This document shows positions 1-10,678 of a stretch of DNA of 64,000 nt, one piece after another; the first letter of the stretch is position 1; every line of letters begins with the position of its first letter. The DNA comes from Nitrospirota bacterium (GTDB taxonomy: Bacteria; Nitrospirota; UBA9217). The notes beneath the pieces are model-generated. The model was given only the letters and a program-made list of their open reading frames with translations, made no database searches and was not told where the DNA came from. Position numbers and translations under genes: made by a program. The stretch lies in contig CAVVUN010000008.1 of assembly GCA_963751455.1 (NCBI GenBank), positions 128,001 to 192,000 of the forward strand. The letters run 5' to 3'.

Positions 1-5
1 CGGTC

Positions 6-2348
6 ATGGGCGCGGCGAGCGGCTCTCAAGGCCCGTTCTCAGCCTTATCTGCCTGCGAGTCATGGTGCGACACCTACATCCCGGGAGCCTGCAGTTGTTC
101 CTCGACTGCGGGTGGTGGCGGCGGTGGAGCGACATACACCGTAACCTATAACGGCAATGGCGCTACCAGCGGATTCGTCCCGGTTGACTCAACCGGTTAC
201 AAACAGGCGCAGACCGTCACGGTGCTCGGCGCAGGAACCATCGTTAAGACCGGCTACTTCTTCTCGGGCTGGAATAGGAATAGTTACGGATCCGGAACGA
301 ACTATACGCAGGGGCAGACATTTGCGATGGGTTCTGCAAATGTTGTCCTGTACGCGAAGTGGACCTCAACCGCAACGTATCGCGTAACCTATAACGGCAA
401 CGGCAATACAGGCGGCAGCGACCCGACTGACTCTACCAACTACCTGCAGGGGCAGACAGCCACGCTGCTCGGCCCAGGCAACCTCGTAAAGACCGGCTAC
501 TACTTTTCAGGCTGGAATACGACAAGTAATGGATACGGATCGAATTATACGGCCTCGCAGTCAGTTGTGATGGGTCCTGCAAATCTTGTCCTGTACGCGA
601 AGTGGACCACAAATCCTACATATACCGTAACCTATAACGGCAACGGCAATACAGGCGGCAGCGTCCCGATTGATCCAACCAGCTACGAGCAGGGAAGCAC
701 CGTTACGGTGCCCGGAAATACAGGCAATCTGGTAAAAACCGGGTATTTCTTCTCAGGCTGGAATACGCTGGCGAACGGCTCCGGCTCGTCCTACACGCAG
801 GGGCAGACTTTTGCGATGGGTTCTGCAAATACTACCCTGTATGCGAAGTGGGCTCCTACGTATACCGTGACCTATAACGGCAACGGTAACACCGGCGGCA
901 GCGTCCCGGTTGATTCAACCGGCTACGAGCAGGGGCAGACGGTCACCGTGCTCGGCAATACAGGAAACCTTGTAAAAGCCGGGTCTTCCTTCTCAGGCTG
1001 GAATACGCTGGCGAACGGGTCCGGCACGTCCTACACGCAGGGGCAAACGTTTGCGATAGGTGCTGCAAATGTTACTCTGTACGCGAAGTGGACAATAAAC
1101 CCCACATACACCGTAACCTATAACGGCAACGGCGCTGCCGGCGGCAGCGTCCCGATTGATTCAACCGGCTACGAGCAGGGGCAGACGGTCACCGTGCTCG
1201 GCAATACAGGAAACCTCGTGGCGACCACCTATTCCTTCTCCGGCTGGAACACGCAGGCTGACGGATCGGGAACGAACTATGGCCAGGGACAGACCTTTAC
1301 GATGGGTGCGGTAAATGTTACCCTGTACGCCAAGTGGACCATATACGTCCCCAGCTTTGCATACGCGGCGAACGCCATCAGCAACGACATTTCGCAGTAC
1401 ACAATCGGAGCGAATGGGGCGCTTACCCCCATGACCCCGGCCACAGTCCCGGCAGGGACGTATCCCACCTCCGTCGCGGTTGGCCCCTCGGGCAGGTACG
1501 CTTACGTGACGAACGACGTCAGCAACACCGTCTCGCAGTACAGTATCAACGTGAATGGGACGCTCACCGCTATGACCCCTGCCACAATCGCGGCGGGGAC
1601 GAATCCCTACTCCGTCATAATCGACCCTGCCGGCAAGTACGCCTACGTGGCGAACGCGGGAAGCGCCAACGTTTCGCAGTACACGATCGATGCGGATGGG
1701 AAGCTCACATCCATGACGCCGGCCACGGTCGCGGCCGGGGTGGGCCCCATCTCTATCACGGTTGACTTCTCGGGCAAGTACGCGTACACAGCGAACTCGG
1801 GCAACAATAACGTTTCGCAGTACACGATCGGTGTGAATGGGGCGCTTTCGCCCATGACCCCGGCCATTGTCGCGGCTGGGCCGTATCCCACCTCCGTCAC
1901 AATCGACCCCTCGGGCAAGTACGCCTACGTAACGAACGGCAACAGCTACACCGTTTCGCAGTACACGATCGGTGCGGATGGGGCGCTCACTCCGATGACC
2001 CCGGCCACGACCGATGCGGAGTTGGAGCCCCGCTCACTTACGGTCCATCCCTCGGGCAAGTACGCGTACGTGACGAATGCCAGCGGCTACAGCAACAACG
2101 TCTCGCAGTATGCAATCGGCGCGGATGGAGCGCTCACACCCATGAACCCGTCAACGGTCGCCGCGGGAGCGGCTCCCTTGTCCCTCAGCATCGACCCCTC
2201 AGGCAAGTACGCCTATGTGGCGAACCGAGTCGATAATAACATCTCGCAGTACACGATCGGCGGAACTGGGGCGCTTTCACGCATGACCCCGATCACGGTC
2301 GGGGCGGGGACGAATCCCTACTCCATCACGACTGTTGGCAGCCAATAA
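6..2348 (+). CDS. Surface protein with five InlB B-repeat (Listeria-Bacteroides/Flg_new) domains and a C-terminal lactonase-type beta-propeller; probably 5'-truncated by the window edge
   Basis: Five ~80-aa repeats TY(T/R)VTYNGNG...FSGWN...LYAKW, then ~44-aa repeats DPSGKYAYV.N....SQYTIG. Confidence 0.85.
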   Translation: MGAASGSQGPFSALSACESWCDTYIPGACSCSSTAGGGGGGATYTVTYNGNGATSGFVPVDSTGYKQAQTVTVLGAGTIVKTGYFFSGWNRNSYGSGTNYTQGQTFAMGSANVVLYAKWTSTATYRVTYNGNGNTGGSDPTDSTNYLQGQTATLLGPGNLVKTGYYFSGWNTTSNGYGSNYTASQSVVMGPANLVLYAKWTTNPTYTVTYNGNGNTGGSVPIDPTSYEQGSTVTVPGNTGNLVKTGYFFSGWNTLANGSGSSYTQGQTFAMGSANTTLYAKWAPTYTVTYNGNGNTGGSVPVDSTGYEQGQTVTVLGNTGNLVKAGSSFSGWNTLANGSGTSYTQGQTFAIGAANVTLYAKWTINPTYTVTYNGNGAAGGSVPIDSTGYEQGQTVTVLGNTGNLVATTYSFSGWNTQADGSGTNYGQGQTFTMGAVNVTLYAKWTIYVPSFAYAANAISNDISQYTIGANGALTPMTPATVPAGTYPTSVAVGPSGRYAYVTNDVSNTVSQYSINVNGTLTAMTPATIAAGTNPYSVIIDPAGKYAYVANAGSANVSQYTIDADGKLTSMTPATVAAGVGPISITVDFSGKYAYTANSGNNNVSQYTIGVNGALSPMTPAIVAAGPYPTSVTIDPSGKYAYVTNGNSYTVSQYTIGADGALTPMTPATTDAELEPRSLTVHPSGKYAYVTNASGYSNNVSQYAIGADGALTPMNPSTVAAGAAPLSLSIDPSGKYAYVANRVDNNISQYTIGGTGALSRMTPITVGAGTNPYSITTVGSQ

Positions 2349-2506
2349 ACGGAGCATGCCCCGGCGTCCTGCGGCGCCGGCATAGTTTATAGTCTCTTTT
2401 TCACCCCGTTGGGTCGCAGCCACGCTCGTTCCGATGCTTGGTATACTTATAATTTCAGGGTATCTCGGGAATCAACCAAGTGGGCATGTGAACTGGAGGC
2501 TGGCCG

Positions 2507-3232
2507 TTACAGGTTAAATGACATGACGTATGATTTGCCCGTCTCCTTTTCAATCAGGTGCAAACGAAGTGTCTTGGCGGTCTTCGCTTCGGCCGGGAAA
2601 AAAATAAACCCGTATGCGAGGTCATTCGGCTGAATCGGTTTGGTCTCGAGAGATTTCTGCTTGAGATCGTCCATAATCTCACGTTTGGCATCGCCGTATG
2701 CATACGCCTGCGACCCCCCGAGCACTGCTCCTCCTGCTCCACCGGCCGCCGCGCCCTTTCCCGCGGTACGGCTCACGTCTTCCCCTGTCAGCACCCCGAC
2801 CGCTGCCCCGATAAGAGCGCCGGCTGTTGCCCCGAAGAACCCGGAGCGGGCGCCTTCACTGAAAGTCTCCTTGGTCTGGGCATATTTCGTTGCACGGTCA
2901 TACGCGAGGTCCCGGCTCATCACGGGCCAGATCTTTCCCTCCTGGTCCTCGAGAAACGTCTGGCTGGCGTTGATCTCGAACGAGTGTCCGCTTTTATTGT
3001 CGATTACCACTTCGAGCGGCAGCATTCCTGCATTGATGATATCGAACCCGAAATTTTCCTTCGCCTCCTTGACATCCGTATACGCCCGGGCCCCCATCAT
3101 TGCGCCGTCCACGTTCTGAGCGTTCGGATATGAGCCCGGCATTTTGAAGGGCAGGGGTTTTGCTTTGTAAGACGTTGCGCAGGCTGTCACTAGCAAGAGG
3201 ACGATTAGCGGTGCGGGAAAAAATTTATTCAT
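2507..3232 (-). CDS. Lipoprotein with glycine-zipper segment
   Basis: Lipobox LLVTAC after MNKFF; GATAGALIGAAVG and GAAAGGAGGAVLGG; RBS AAGGAGG. Confidence 0.7.
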   Translation of the reverse strand: MNKFFPAPLIVLLLVTACATSYKAKPLPFKMPGSYPNAQNVDGAMMGARAYTDVKEAKENFGFDIINAGMLPLEVVIDNKSGHSFEINASQTFLEDQEGKIWPVMSRDLAYDRATKYAQTKETFSEGARSGFFGATAGALIGAAVGVLTGEDVSRTAGKGAAAGGAGGAVLGGSQAYAYGDAKREIMDDLKQKSLETKPIQPNDLAYGFIFFPAEAKTAKTLRLHLIEKETGKSYVMSFNL

Positions 3233-3372
3233 GGCTTCCTCCTTAAACATCGATTCTGGAACTTAAAAGAAGCATGTTAAATGTTCCCATTTGCCGGCCA
3301 TTAAGTCAAGACACACAAAAGTTATACGGAATCTCCCGAACTCTGAACTCCCACTCTCCCTTGCCCCTGTCC

Positions 3373-3442
3373 TTCTGATTTCTGATCCTGACTTGTGACT
3401 CCTGATTTCTAACTCCTGACTCCTGACTTCTGATTCCTGACT
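3373..3442. repeat. Degenerate heptamer tandem repeat (consensus TCCTGAC/TTCTGAT, ~10 units)
   Basis: Read directly; similar runs at ~38892-38922 and ~45171-45200. Confidence 0.8.
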
Positions 3443-3956
3443 ATGCGGCAGCCTGTTCGCGATAGGCGGCTTGCTTTAACGGTTCTATCTCTATTTTTTT
3501 CATTTGCAGCATTGCTTTCATGACCCTTCTGGACTTTTCAGGGTCCGGGTCGTTCAACAGCTCGGCCAGCACAGTCGGGATTACTTGCCATGAGACGCCG
3601 TATTTGTCTTTCAGCCAGCCGCATATCTGCGACTTCGGGTCTCCGCCTTCGGAAAGTTTTTCCCAGTAGTAGTCTACTTCGTCCTGTGAATCGCAATTGA
3701 CAACGAAGGATACTGCCTCACTGAATTTGAAATGCGGCCCGCCGTTCAAGGCAACGAATTCCTGGCCTTCGATCCGGAATTCCATGGTCATAACGGTCCC
3801 TTTCGGCATTCCGGCGGCCTTTGCCGCTTCTTCGTCGTAATGGGTATATCTCAGAATCTCGGAATTCTTGAAAATCGAGGTGTAATATTTCACCGCCTCT
3901 TCTGCCCGGTTGTCGAACCACAGGAAGGGCGTTATTTTTTGAAGTTTGGTTTTCAT
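3441..3956 (-). CDS. VOC/PhnB-like (3-demethylubiquinone-9 3-methyltransferase family) protein
   Basis: QKITPFLWFDNRAEEA, FVALNGGPHFKFSEAVSF, CGWLKDKYGVSWQV; RBS AAGGAG before ATG at 3956. Confidence 0.9.
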   Translation of the reverse strand: MKTKLQKITPFLWFDNRAEEAVKYYTSIFKNSEILRYTHYDEEAAKAAGMPKGTVMTMEFRIEGQEFVALNGGPHFKFSEAVSFVVNCDSQDEVDYYWEKLSEGGDPKSQICGWLKDKYGVSWQVIPTVLAELLNDPDPEKSRRVMKAMLQMKKIEIEPLKQAAYREQAAA

Positions 3957-4036
3957 AGTTTTCTCCTTTATCATAGGCATCATTTTCTGTGCCACGATGA
4001 GGGCCGCGGCCAGCATAATGAGCCGGATTGCGTGCG

Positions 4037-4802
4037 TTATTCTGTCACGCCGTGGTCTTTCGGCAGACACCACACTTCTTTGATTTTGCAAAGTCTGGAA
4101 ATCATATCTTCGTACTCTTTATTAATAACGGCTCTCTCTATCATACCGAGGGGCTGAATAATGTACGCATGCTTCCCGGCGCCTAAAACAGAGGGATAGA
4201 CCATGCTGAACGTTCCCCCTATGTCTTCGTTGGTGACATTGGGCGCGTAATACATAATGTGCGGGATATTCACGGTGCTGATTTTATCGCTTTTCTCCGC
4301 GTTTTCGTACGTTCTCAGTATGGGAGACAGCATGTATGAGCTGCCGGCTCGTTCCGGCGCTTTATAGTATTCTGCCTTGTAGCGGTTCTTGAAGATTTTC
4401 TTTAGTTCGACGGAAGGAGTACCTTTCGCCTGCATCTCCGCTATATCAAAAAGGACCTGCATGTGCGCCTTGACGCCTGCTTTATCAAAGGAAATAGGGA
4501 CGAGAACATCATCTCTATATTGCGTGAAAGGCCATGAACCGGCCATCGCATCATCGCCGGTCCAGGCAACGAAGGCGTGGAATCCATTGGAGCCCTTACG
4601 TGCGACTTCAAAGCCCTTTTAAAACATATACGGTCGCGTTGTCCCTGAGGTGCGGCGGGAGCGCGCTGAGCGCCAGTTGAATTTCCAGATCTCGCGGCAA
4701 CGGCTCGATTTTATTCATCACCTTAGCTTGTTTATTTTCCGCATTCGCAGTAAGCGAAATCAATAGACCCGCAATTACTGCGATTGTCTTAACCTTCCTC
4801 AT
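4037..4802 (-). pseudogene. Frameshifted secreted hypothetical protein
   Basis: Signal-peptide ORF MRKVKTIAV...NATVYVL stops at 4608; reading continues in another frame as KGFEVARKGSNGFHAFVAWTGDDAMAGSW into ORF 4037-4546. Confidence 0.7.
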
Positions 4803-5069
4803 CTTGACCTCCTTTTTTTGATTCTGTCGATCTATAGAAAAAGTATAGCAAGTAGGCAGGAACACAGTGAAGGGGCACAATAGTATCATCAAAGAAACCT
4901 TTAAAATCCGTCTCACACGGAGACACGAAGCCACGAAGGAACGATAAAGGGCCTTCTTTGCGTTCTTTGCGGCTTTGCGCGAAAATGCTTTTGCCTTCGG
5001 TCATTGAAACAGCGTCAGGGATGCCCTCAACCACATAAAGATTACTGCTGATGAGCCCGCTGCTATCAC

Positions 5070-5400
5070 GAACCTTGAAAACCTGATCGAGGATAATAAC
5101 GGGTTCCTGCTTTTCCAGGCAATCGAAAAGGCCAAAATTGAATTGTCTTCCTATGAGAGGTCGCTGATAGGAACAGGGCCTTGAGATAAAAGAGGCTGTT
5201 GAACAGAAGGAATTCGAAGAGGCCATTATAACAGCCGTATTGTAAAGATCGTTGCGTGTATCGATGAGACAATAAAGAAAGCAGGACTAAGACCTGAGGA
5301 CATTGACGTTATTTTTACTACCGGCGGAACGTCCCATATTCCGTGCGTCAAGGGTTTGTTCGTACAACGCTTCGGTCCTGATAAAATGCAGCATAGGGAT
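5070..5400 (+). pseudogene. C-terminal remnant of an Hsp70-family (YegD-like) gene
   Basis: Broken frames give LENLIEDNNGFLLFQAIEKAKIELS and IDETIKKAGLRPEDIDVIFTTGGTSHIPCVKGLF (Hsp70 GGxSxIP motif). Confidence 0.75.
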
Positions 5401-5688
5401 GTCGATAGAAATATCCTTGTCCTAAAGTCCCTCTCCTTCAAGGAGAGGGACCGGGTGAGGATGGGACGCCTTTCGAGCGTTTCCTACGGACTCGTTTTGT
5501 GCGCTTCTATGTTTTTTTAATGGGTACGGCCAAGATGTGTTATAGTCTCGCTCTGATTCCAGCGGTTAGCCTCAAATTCTTCTTCAACTTCTCGGTCAGG
5601 TAATAGTAAAGACTCGTCATGGTACCAAGATGTATCAAATGACCATCCTCCCGCTGTTCATAAACCGTTGTGTAGTCGCGGAGTTTCA

Positions 5689-6594
5689 TCAGCGTATACC
5701 ATACCATTTAGCGCACGATTCTTCCGCCCTATAGTAACATGTTGAGTATTCCGCTGATCCGTAGCCATATTGCTCTTTGCATACTTTTTTGTTTTCGTTT
5801 ATACAGTTTCTATATTGTTCTTTGTCTGGATTATTGTTTCTGTTCGTACCGCCGGAGTCCAGTCGGCGATTCTTTATCTTAAGCTCTATCTCCCGATTCT
5901 TCGACAGAGCCTCATACATTTTATCCTCAAAGCCTGAATCTATGATTTGTTTTTTATATTTTCTTTCGAGATTGTCGAACAGGGTGTTTAAAGAGCTGCC
6001 TGCTGAATTCGATTTTATACTGTACAGTCTGGCTAATTCATCTTTCAGCTCGTTGAACCTTTTTATTTCCGCTTCGGCCTGGTTTAAGGCTGTACGTGCA
6101 TTATAAAAAACATTTTCTGGCTCCACGCTTTGATTTTTCGGCGAGTCTATGTATCGGTCGACGAATTCTATTTTTTCCGACAAATCCTTGATTAATGCAG
6201 CCAGTAAACTTTTACCTACCGCTGTAGCTCTCTTCTTACTGTCAGCGGAGTATCGTTTGTTTGTTGCTGCGTAATTATTTAATGTGGTGTAGGACTTATC
6301 TAACGGGGTAATTACTTCTATGCGGGGACGCTGGTTGCGCTCAGCGAACTCAGCTTCTTTCTGATACCCGAAGCCTAAATAATACTCAGTGTCTTCGTAA
6401 TCATCCGGTATTGATGAAAGAAGGCGTACGCAGGCTGCAGGGTCATCCTGAAGACTGCTGCATTTACTGATCGCCTCTAGATATATTTTTCTTACGTCTT
6501 CGCCGACACCCCCGTTGGCTGCATCCGTAAGAGCACTTGCAGATGCAGAGTTGACATACATAAAAAAAATCAACGCAGCAATTACTGTCTTCAT
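5689..6594 (-). CDS. Secreted hypothetical protein with helical core and Cys-rich C-terminus
   Basis: 301-aa ORF, signal peptide, lower GC than neighbours, four C-terminal Cys. Confidence 0.65.
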   Translation of the reverse strand: MKTVIAALIFFMYVNSASASALTDAANGGVGEDVRKIYLEAISKCSSLQDDPAACVRLLSSIPDDYEDTEYYLGFGYQKEAEFAERNQRPRIEVITPLDKSYTTLNNYAATNKRYSADSKKRATAVGKSLLAALIKDLSEKIEFVDRYIDSPKNQSVEPENVFYNARTALNQAEAEIKRFNELKDELARLYSIKSNSAGSSLNTLFDNLERKYKKQIIDSGFEDKMYEALSKNREIELKIKNRRLDSGGTNRNNNPDKEQYRNCINENKKVCKEQYGYGSAEYSTCYYRAEESCAKWYGIR

Positions 6595-6655
6595 TTTTTC
6601 TCCGTTAAACCTCTTTATGCATTAGTGTCCAAACTCGGCTTGTGCTTTGTCCTAT

Positions 6656-7867
6656 TTATCGGACCGTCCAGTCACTCAAAGCACAAACTGCACCGTTCGA
6701 CGTTCCGAAATAAAGAATTCCGAAGCCGACAAAGGGAGCAGCACCCAGCTGACCCTCGAATTGGCTCTTCCAGAGTTCTTTTCCGGAAATTGCATCCAGG
6801 CTGTAAAGATACCCTTTATCCGTACCGACATACACCACCGATCCAGCTATTGCCGCAGTCCCGTAAATGTGGCCGGTTGTTTCCGCCTGCCACTTTTCGA
6901 TGCCGGTTTTTGCATCTATTGCGAAAACCCTCCCGGAGAGGTTGCCGATAAAGACGGTTCCGTTCGCAACAGTGGGAGAAGCGGCTATCAGTGTGCCGGT
7001 GCTGAATTTCCATTTCTGTTTTCCATCCGTTACATCAATTGCATACACGTTCAGTCCGATCGCAACAAAAGCCGTCCCTTCCTCAACCGCCGCCGTGGAC
7101 GGAGCGCTGGGGTAATCTGCAAAGAAAGACCATTTCGGCGCTCCGGTTTTTATATCAACGGCCTGCACGACCGACGTAGGCGATGTTCTGGTGCCCCGGC
7201 CGAAAATAAGCAGTTTGCCGGCGATGGCAGGCGAGGAAGTTACTGAAAGCCCGCCCCGGTATCTCCATCTTTCCCTGCGCGTCGCCATATCGAGAGCAAA
7301 GACGTCGCCGCCTCTGTTTCCGAAAAAGATTGTCCCGTCATGCACGACGGGCGGGCCGAATATTCCGCTATCCGTCTTGAATTTCCACTGTTCAGCTCCG
7401 CTCTCCGCGTCGATTCCGTAGAGAATTCCTTCTTCGTTTCCGAGAAGAACGGTTTTTTCGGCGATGACAGGAGAAGAACCGAGCTCCTTTCCGGCCTTGA
7501 ACCGCCACTTCAGAGTGCCTGATGCAACGTCGATTGCATATAAACAGGTATCATAGCTTCCGACATATACGGTCCTCCCCTGTATTGCAAGAGACGCCAT
7601 TACCGCGCCGTCCAGCTGTAATTTCCAAAGCATCTCGCCTGGCTTCTGAGGACCAGGCAGGGGATAGGCCCCTGTATGCTGCGCATTTCCGAGGTACATT
7701 GCCATCGGCGTCTGTTCCCCATCACGCTCGGACTCCCGATCGTCCTTTACGCAGGATGTTATGGCGAACATGATAACCAAAATAAACGGGAGGCTGCCGT
7801 ACATAATTTCGGTAATCAGCGTGGAAGGTCTGAATGGGGGATTACCTTGAGCAACTTTTGCATTCAT
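6656..7867 (-). CDS. PQQ-binding-like (BamB-type) beta-propeller protein, probable lipoprotein
   Basis: Repeated blades LYAID..SG..KW.F; hydrophobic segment ending in ITSC. Confidence 0.85.
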   Translation of the reverse strand: MNAKVAQGNPPFRPSTLITEIMYGSLPFILVIMFAITSCVKDDRESERDGEQTPMAMYLGNAQHTGAYPLPGPQKPGEMLWKLQLDGAVMASLAIQGRTVYVGSYDTCLYAIDVASGTLKWRFKAGKELGSSPVIAEKTVLLGNEEGILYGIDAESGAEQWKFKTDSGIFGPPVVHDGTIFFGNRGGDVFALDMATRRERWRYRGGLSVTSSPAIAGKLLIFGRGTRTSPTSVVQAVDIKTGAPKWSFFADYPSAPSTAAVEEGTAFVAIGLNVYAIDVTDGKQKWKFSTGTLIAASPTVANGTVFIGNLSGRVFAIDAKTGIEKWQAETTGHIYGTAAIAGSVVYVGTDKGYLYSLDAISGKELWKSQFEGQLGAAPFVGFGILYFGTSNGAVCALSDWTVR

Positions 7868-9597
7868 TTGCCGGGCGCCTCCCGATTTTCCGCGACGGCA
7901 TACAGCGTGCCGTGCACATCACCGAAAATAACGGCAAAGTCGCGGATGGCTGGCGACGCCTCTACCGGCGATTCTGCCTGGTACCTCCACTGTTCGGTTC
8001 CCGTTACCGCATCGAGTGCATAAAGGTTTCGGTCGCTGCTCCCGAAATATACGATTCCGTCCGCCACAACAGGGTTGCCCGATATTGCGCCGCCGGCCGT
8101 AAATTGCCACCGGAGCGTTCCCGAAACGAGATCAAGAGCGGAAAACCGGCCGTCCGTGTCTCCGACATAAACGGTCTCGTTGACTACCGCAGGCGACGAG
8201 CGAGTCCCTGCAGGGGCGGGAAAGTTCCATTGCTGTTCACCTGTTTCCGCATCAAGCGCTACAAGCGTACCGTCTTCATTTCGAAATAGCACCTGATCAC
8301 CGGACAAAACCGGTGTGGAATAGACCGGTCTTTTCGCATTGAAGGTCCATTTCTTTCTCCCATCGAGCAGCCGGACGGCATAGAGGTTTCCGTCGACGCT
8401 TCCGAAATAGATCGTCTCCGAGTCCATGGCCGGAGAGGAAACAATCGGGCCTCCCGTCTTTAACGTCCATAGTTCTTTCCTCGCTTCCAGGTCTACAGCG
8501 TAAAGATATCCAAGAGCATTTCCGAAATAGATCACACTGCCGTCCGTAATTGGAGCTGTACCTATCGGCGACATATTAAGTTTAAATCGGCTTTTCCCCG
8601 TTTGGTAGTTCCATTTCTCCTGGCCGTCGGCTGCGTCGATGGCATAGAGGGCTCCCGTATCGGTTCCCACAAAGACCACATCATCGATCAGAAGCGGATT
8701 CGAGGAGACCCGATTGCCCGTAAATATCCATCTCACCGCTCCGTTTGACGCATCCATGGCATACAGTCTCTGATTATTGGTAAAATAAAGCAGGTCGCCT
8801 GCAGCCAACAGCGTCCCGTTCTTATGCGAAAGCCTGCTTTTCCAAAGCAGCAGATCCGGTTTATGAACTCCCCTGCCGATCACCGAACCCGTCCGGCCGA
8901 GATTGCCCATCCCGGTCCAGACGACCCTGTTCGCATTTGCCGGCCGGCTGCGCGGCGTCCGGTCAACGGAAATAATATAAACCCCAAAAAAAGCCAGAGC
9001 CAGAACCGATCCTGTCCAGATTGCGATTTTGGTGTATTTGATTACGTCCGTTCGTGTCTGCGTCTTCATGCAGTGCCGTATAGTTAATAATTTCCACCGC
9101 TGGTCATGCATTCCAGGGCGAAATTCCGCTGCAATCTTCTTGGTAAACAGCATGGCGATAAAAAAAGTGTAGACTAGGCAGCCGGCGAGGAGCTGATACG
9201 AACGCCAAGACAGGACAGCATCTTCGTTTCCCGCCTGATTCATTCCATCGAGAATGAAGCTGTAGAAAACAAACTGGAAGATACCTTCTGCAAGTGAAAA
9301 GGTCATTAGGCATAAAATAAGCATTCTCGCCCATTGTTTCCGCATCAGGAGGCCGAATGAAGAAAAAAAGAGCACGAACGTACTCATTGTGTCGTAAAGA
9401 TGCTTGGGGGTCGGATGCGGCCCGAATAAGCTGTGAGCACTGATCATGCCTGGAACTCGCCACAATAACAGAAGCGTGGAATCGATGATCAGGAGCAGTC
9501 CGAGAACATTTATGATATCGACCCGTTTTTTCGGCGGCTCGACAAGAGGGGCGGAGTAGGTTGGAGGTGCTGGTTGACGGTATAGATCTGGTTCCAT
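7864..9597 (-). CDS. Membrane protein (~5 TM) fused to a PQQ-like beta-propeller
   Basis: N-terminal hydrophobic helices, then blades LYALDA.TG...W; stop overlaps the next start (ATGA). Confidence 0.85.
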   Translation of the reverse strand: MEPDLYRQPAPPTYSAPLVEPPKKRVDIINVLGLLLIIDSTLLLLWRVPGMISAHSLFGPHPTPKHLYDTMSTFVLFFSSFGLLMRKQWARMLILCLMTFSLAEGIFQFVFYSFILDGMNQAGNEDAVLSWRSYQLLAGCLVYTFFIAMLFTKKIAAEFRPGMHDQRWKLLTIRHCMKTQTRTDVIKYTKIAIWTGSVLALAFFGVYIISVDRTPRSRPANANRVVWTGMGNLGRTGSVIGRGVHKPDLLLWKSRLSHKNGTLLAAGDLLYFTNNQRLYAMDASNGAVRWIFTGNRVSSNPLLIDDVVFVGTDTGALYAIDAADGQEKWNYQTGKSRFKLNMSPIGTAPITDGSVIYFGNALGYLYAVDLEARKELWTLKTGGPIVSSPAMDSETIYFGSVDGNLYAVRLLDGRKKWTFNAKRPVYSTPVLSGDQVLFRNEDGTLVALDAETGEQQWNFPAPAGTRSSPAVVNETVYVGDTDGRFSALDLVSGTLRWQFTAGGAISGNPVVADGIVYFGSSDRNLYALDAVTGTEQWRYQAESPVEASPAIRDFAVIFGDVHGTLYAVAENREAPGK

Positions 9598-9691
9598 GAG
9601 ATTGTTGTTGTGCGCACGTTCAAGCAGAACGGTTCTGTCATCAAGCTGATAAAGAAAGGAGACCGATTACGGTAAATCACGAACGGAACTG

Positions 9692-10678
9692 TTAATGCTT
9701 AAAATGTGTCTTAATAAGCTTGAGCGCTTCACTTTCGGCGAGGTCTCCCTTCATCACGCGCACTGAAATTTTGCGCACCCAGTCGCTCACGCTTTCAGAG
9801 CCGGAAGGTCCATACTGCACCTGCTCCGCCATTAATTTTCCCTGTTCGTCCGTTATTGCATGAGACCGGAGAAGGTTATCGAGGTTTGCCAGATAATTCC
9901 GCAGTTCGGCGTTAGCCACTTCTCTCAGTCTCCGGTATATTTGGTCCGGATCGGCGGATATATTCTGTCTTCGTTCCAACTCGCTTGCTTTTTCCTCTTC
10001 CTTCCTGATCAATGACGCCTCGAGGGCCATCAACATCCCGTCCTTGAAATTTTTCACAACCGACAGGGGAAGAACCTGGCTCAGCACCTGTGCATCGCCA
10101 GCTCTAAAGGACGAATACAAGCCGAGGACGGCACCTTTTTTATCGATGCACGGGCCGCCGATGCTAGCGGCATCGAAGGGAATATCCGTCTGCAGGTATC
10201 TGACGCCGTCCCGGTCGTTATTGCAATGGACGATGATTCCTTTCCTTATGAAAAACTCTACCCCCTGCGGCGCGCCGAGCACCCGGATCTCTTCCCCATC
10301 CCTGCATTCTCCAGGAACTGCTGCTGCGAGAAATTCATTCCCGGGTTCCTCAATTTTGATTATGGCAATGTCAAGATGAGCCGGTCCCGACTTCGTTACG
10401 AACGCTTTCTTGAGCACCCCCGTGAACAATCGTACCTCCACCGTCTTGTCCTTCCCGACCACGCTGCTGGTTGTGGCGATCTCGCCGTCTGATGATATGA
10501 AAAAACCGGACCCCATGGAGTTCGTCGATTTAACCACGACAATAGATGTCTTCGCCTTATCAATTGCGTCCGCCCATGAAAGGGATTTCACCGGGCGGGA
10601 ACGATAGTACATAAACCAGCCTGCAATCGCCAGGATGATCGCGACGATGGCCGTTGTTTGCAGCATTCTTTTCTTCAT
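9692..10678 (-). CDS. Membrane-anchored trypsin-like (S1C) peptidase-domain protein with degenerate catalytic triad
   Basis: GSGFFISSDG, LDIAIIKI, LQTD....SIGGP; TTSSVV replaces TNAHVV. Confidence 0.8.
   Translation of the reverse strand: MKKRMLQTTAIVAIILAIAGWFMYYRSRPVKSLSWADAIDKAKTSIVVVKSTNSMGSGFFISSDGEIATTSSVVGKDKTVEVRLFTGVLKKAFVTKSGPAHLDIAIIKIEEPGNEFLAAAVPGECRDGEEIRVLGAPQGVEFFIRKGIIVHCNNDRDGVRYLQTDIPFDAASIGGPCIDKKGAVLGLYSSFRAGDAQVLSQVLPLSVVKNFKDGMLMALEASLIRKEEEKASELERRQNISADPDQIYRRLREVANAELRNYLANLDNLLRSHAITDEQGKLMAEQVQYGPSGSESVSDWVRKISVRVMKGDLAESEALKLIKTHFKH

Noticed and set aside
130-1340. Long direct repeats as a possible CRISPR array
   Set aside because: They are in-frame ~240-bp protein-domain repeats with no unique spacers; no cas genes are in the window.
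4608-4625. Programmed -1 frameshift at T-TTA-AAA joining the two ORFs
   Set aside because: The downstream ORF needs a +1 shift, not -1; a small deletion is the simpler explanation.
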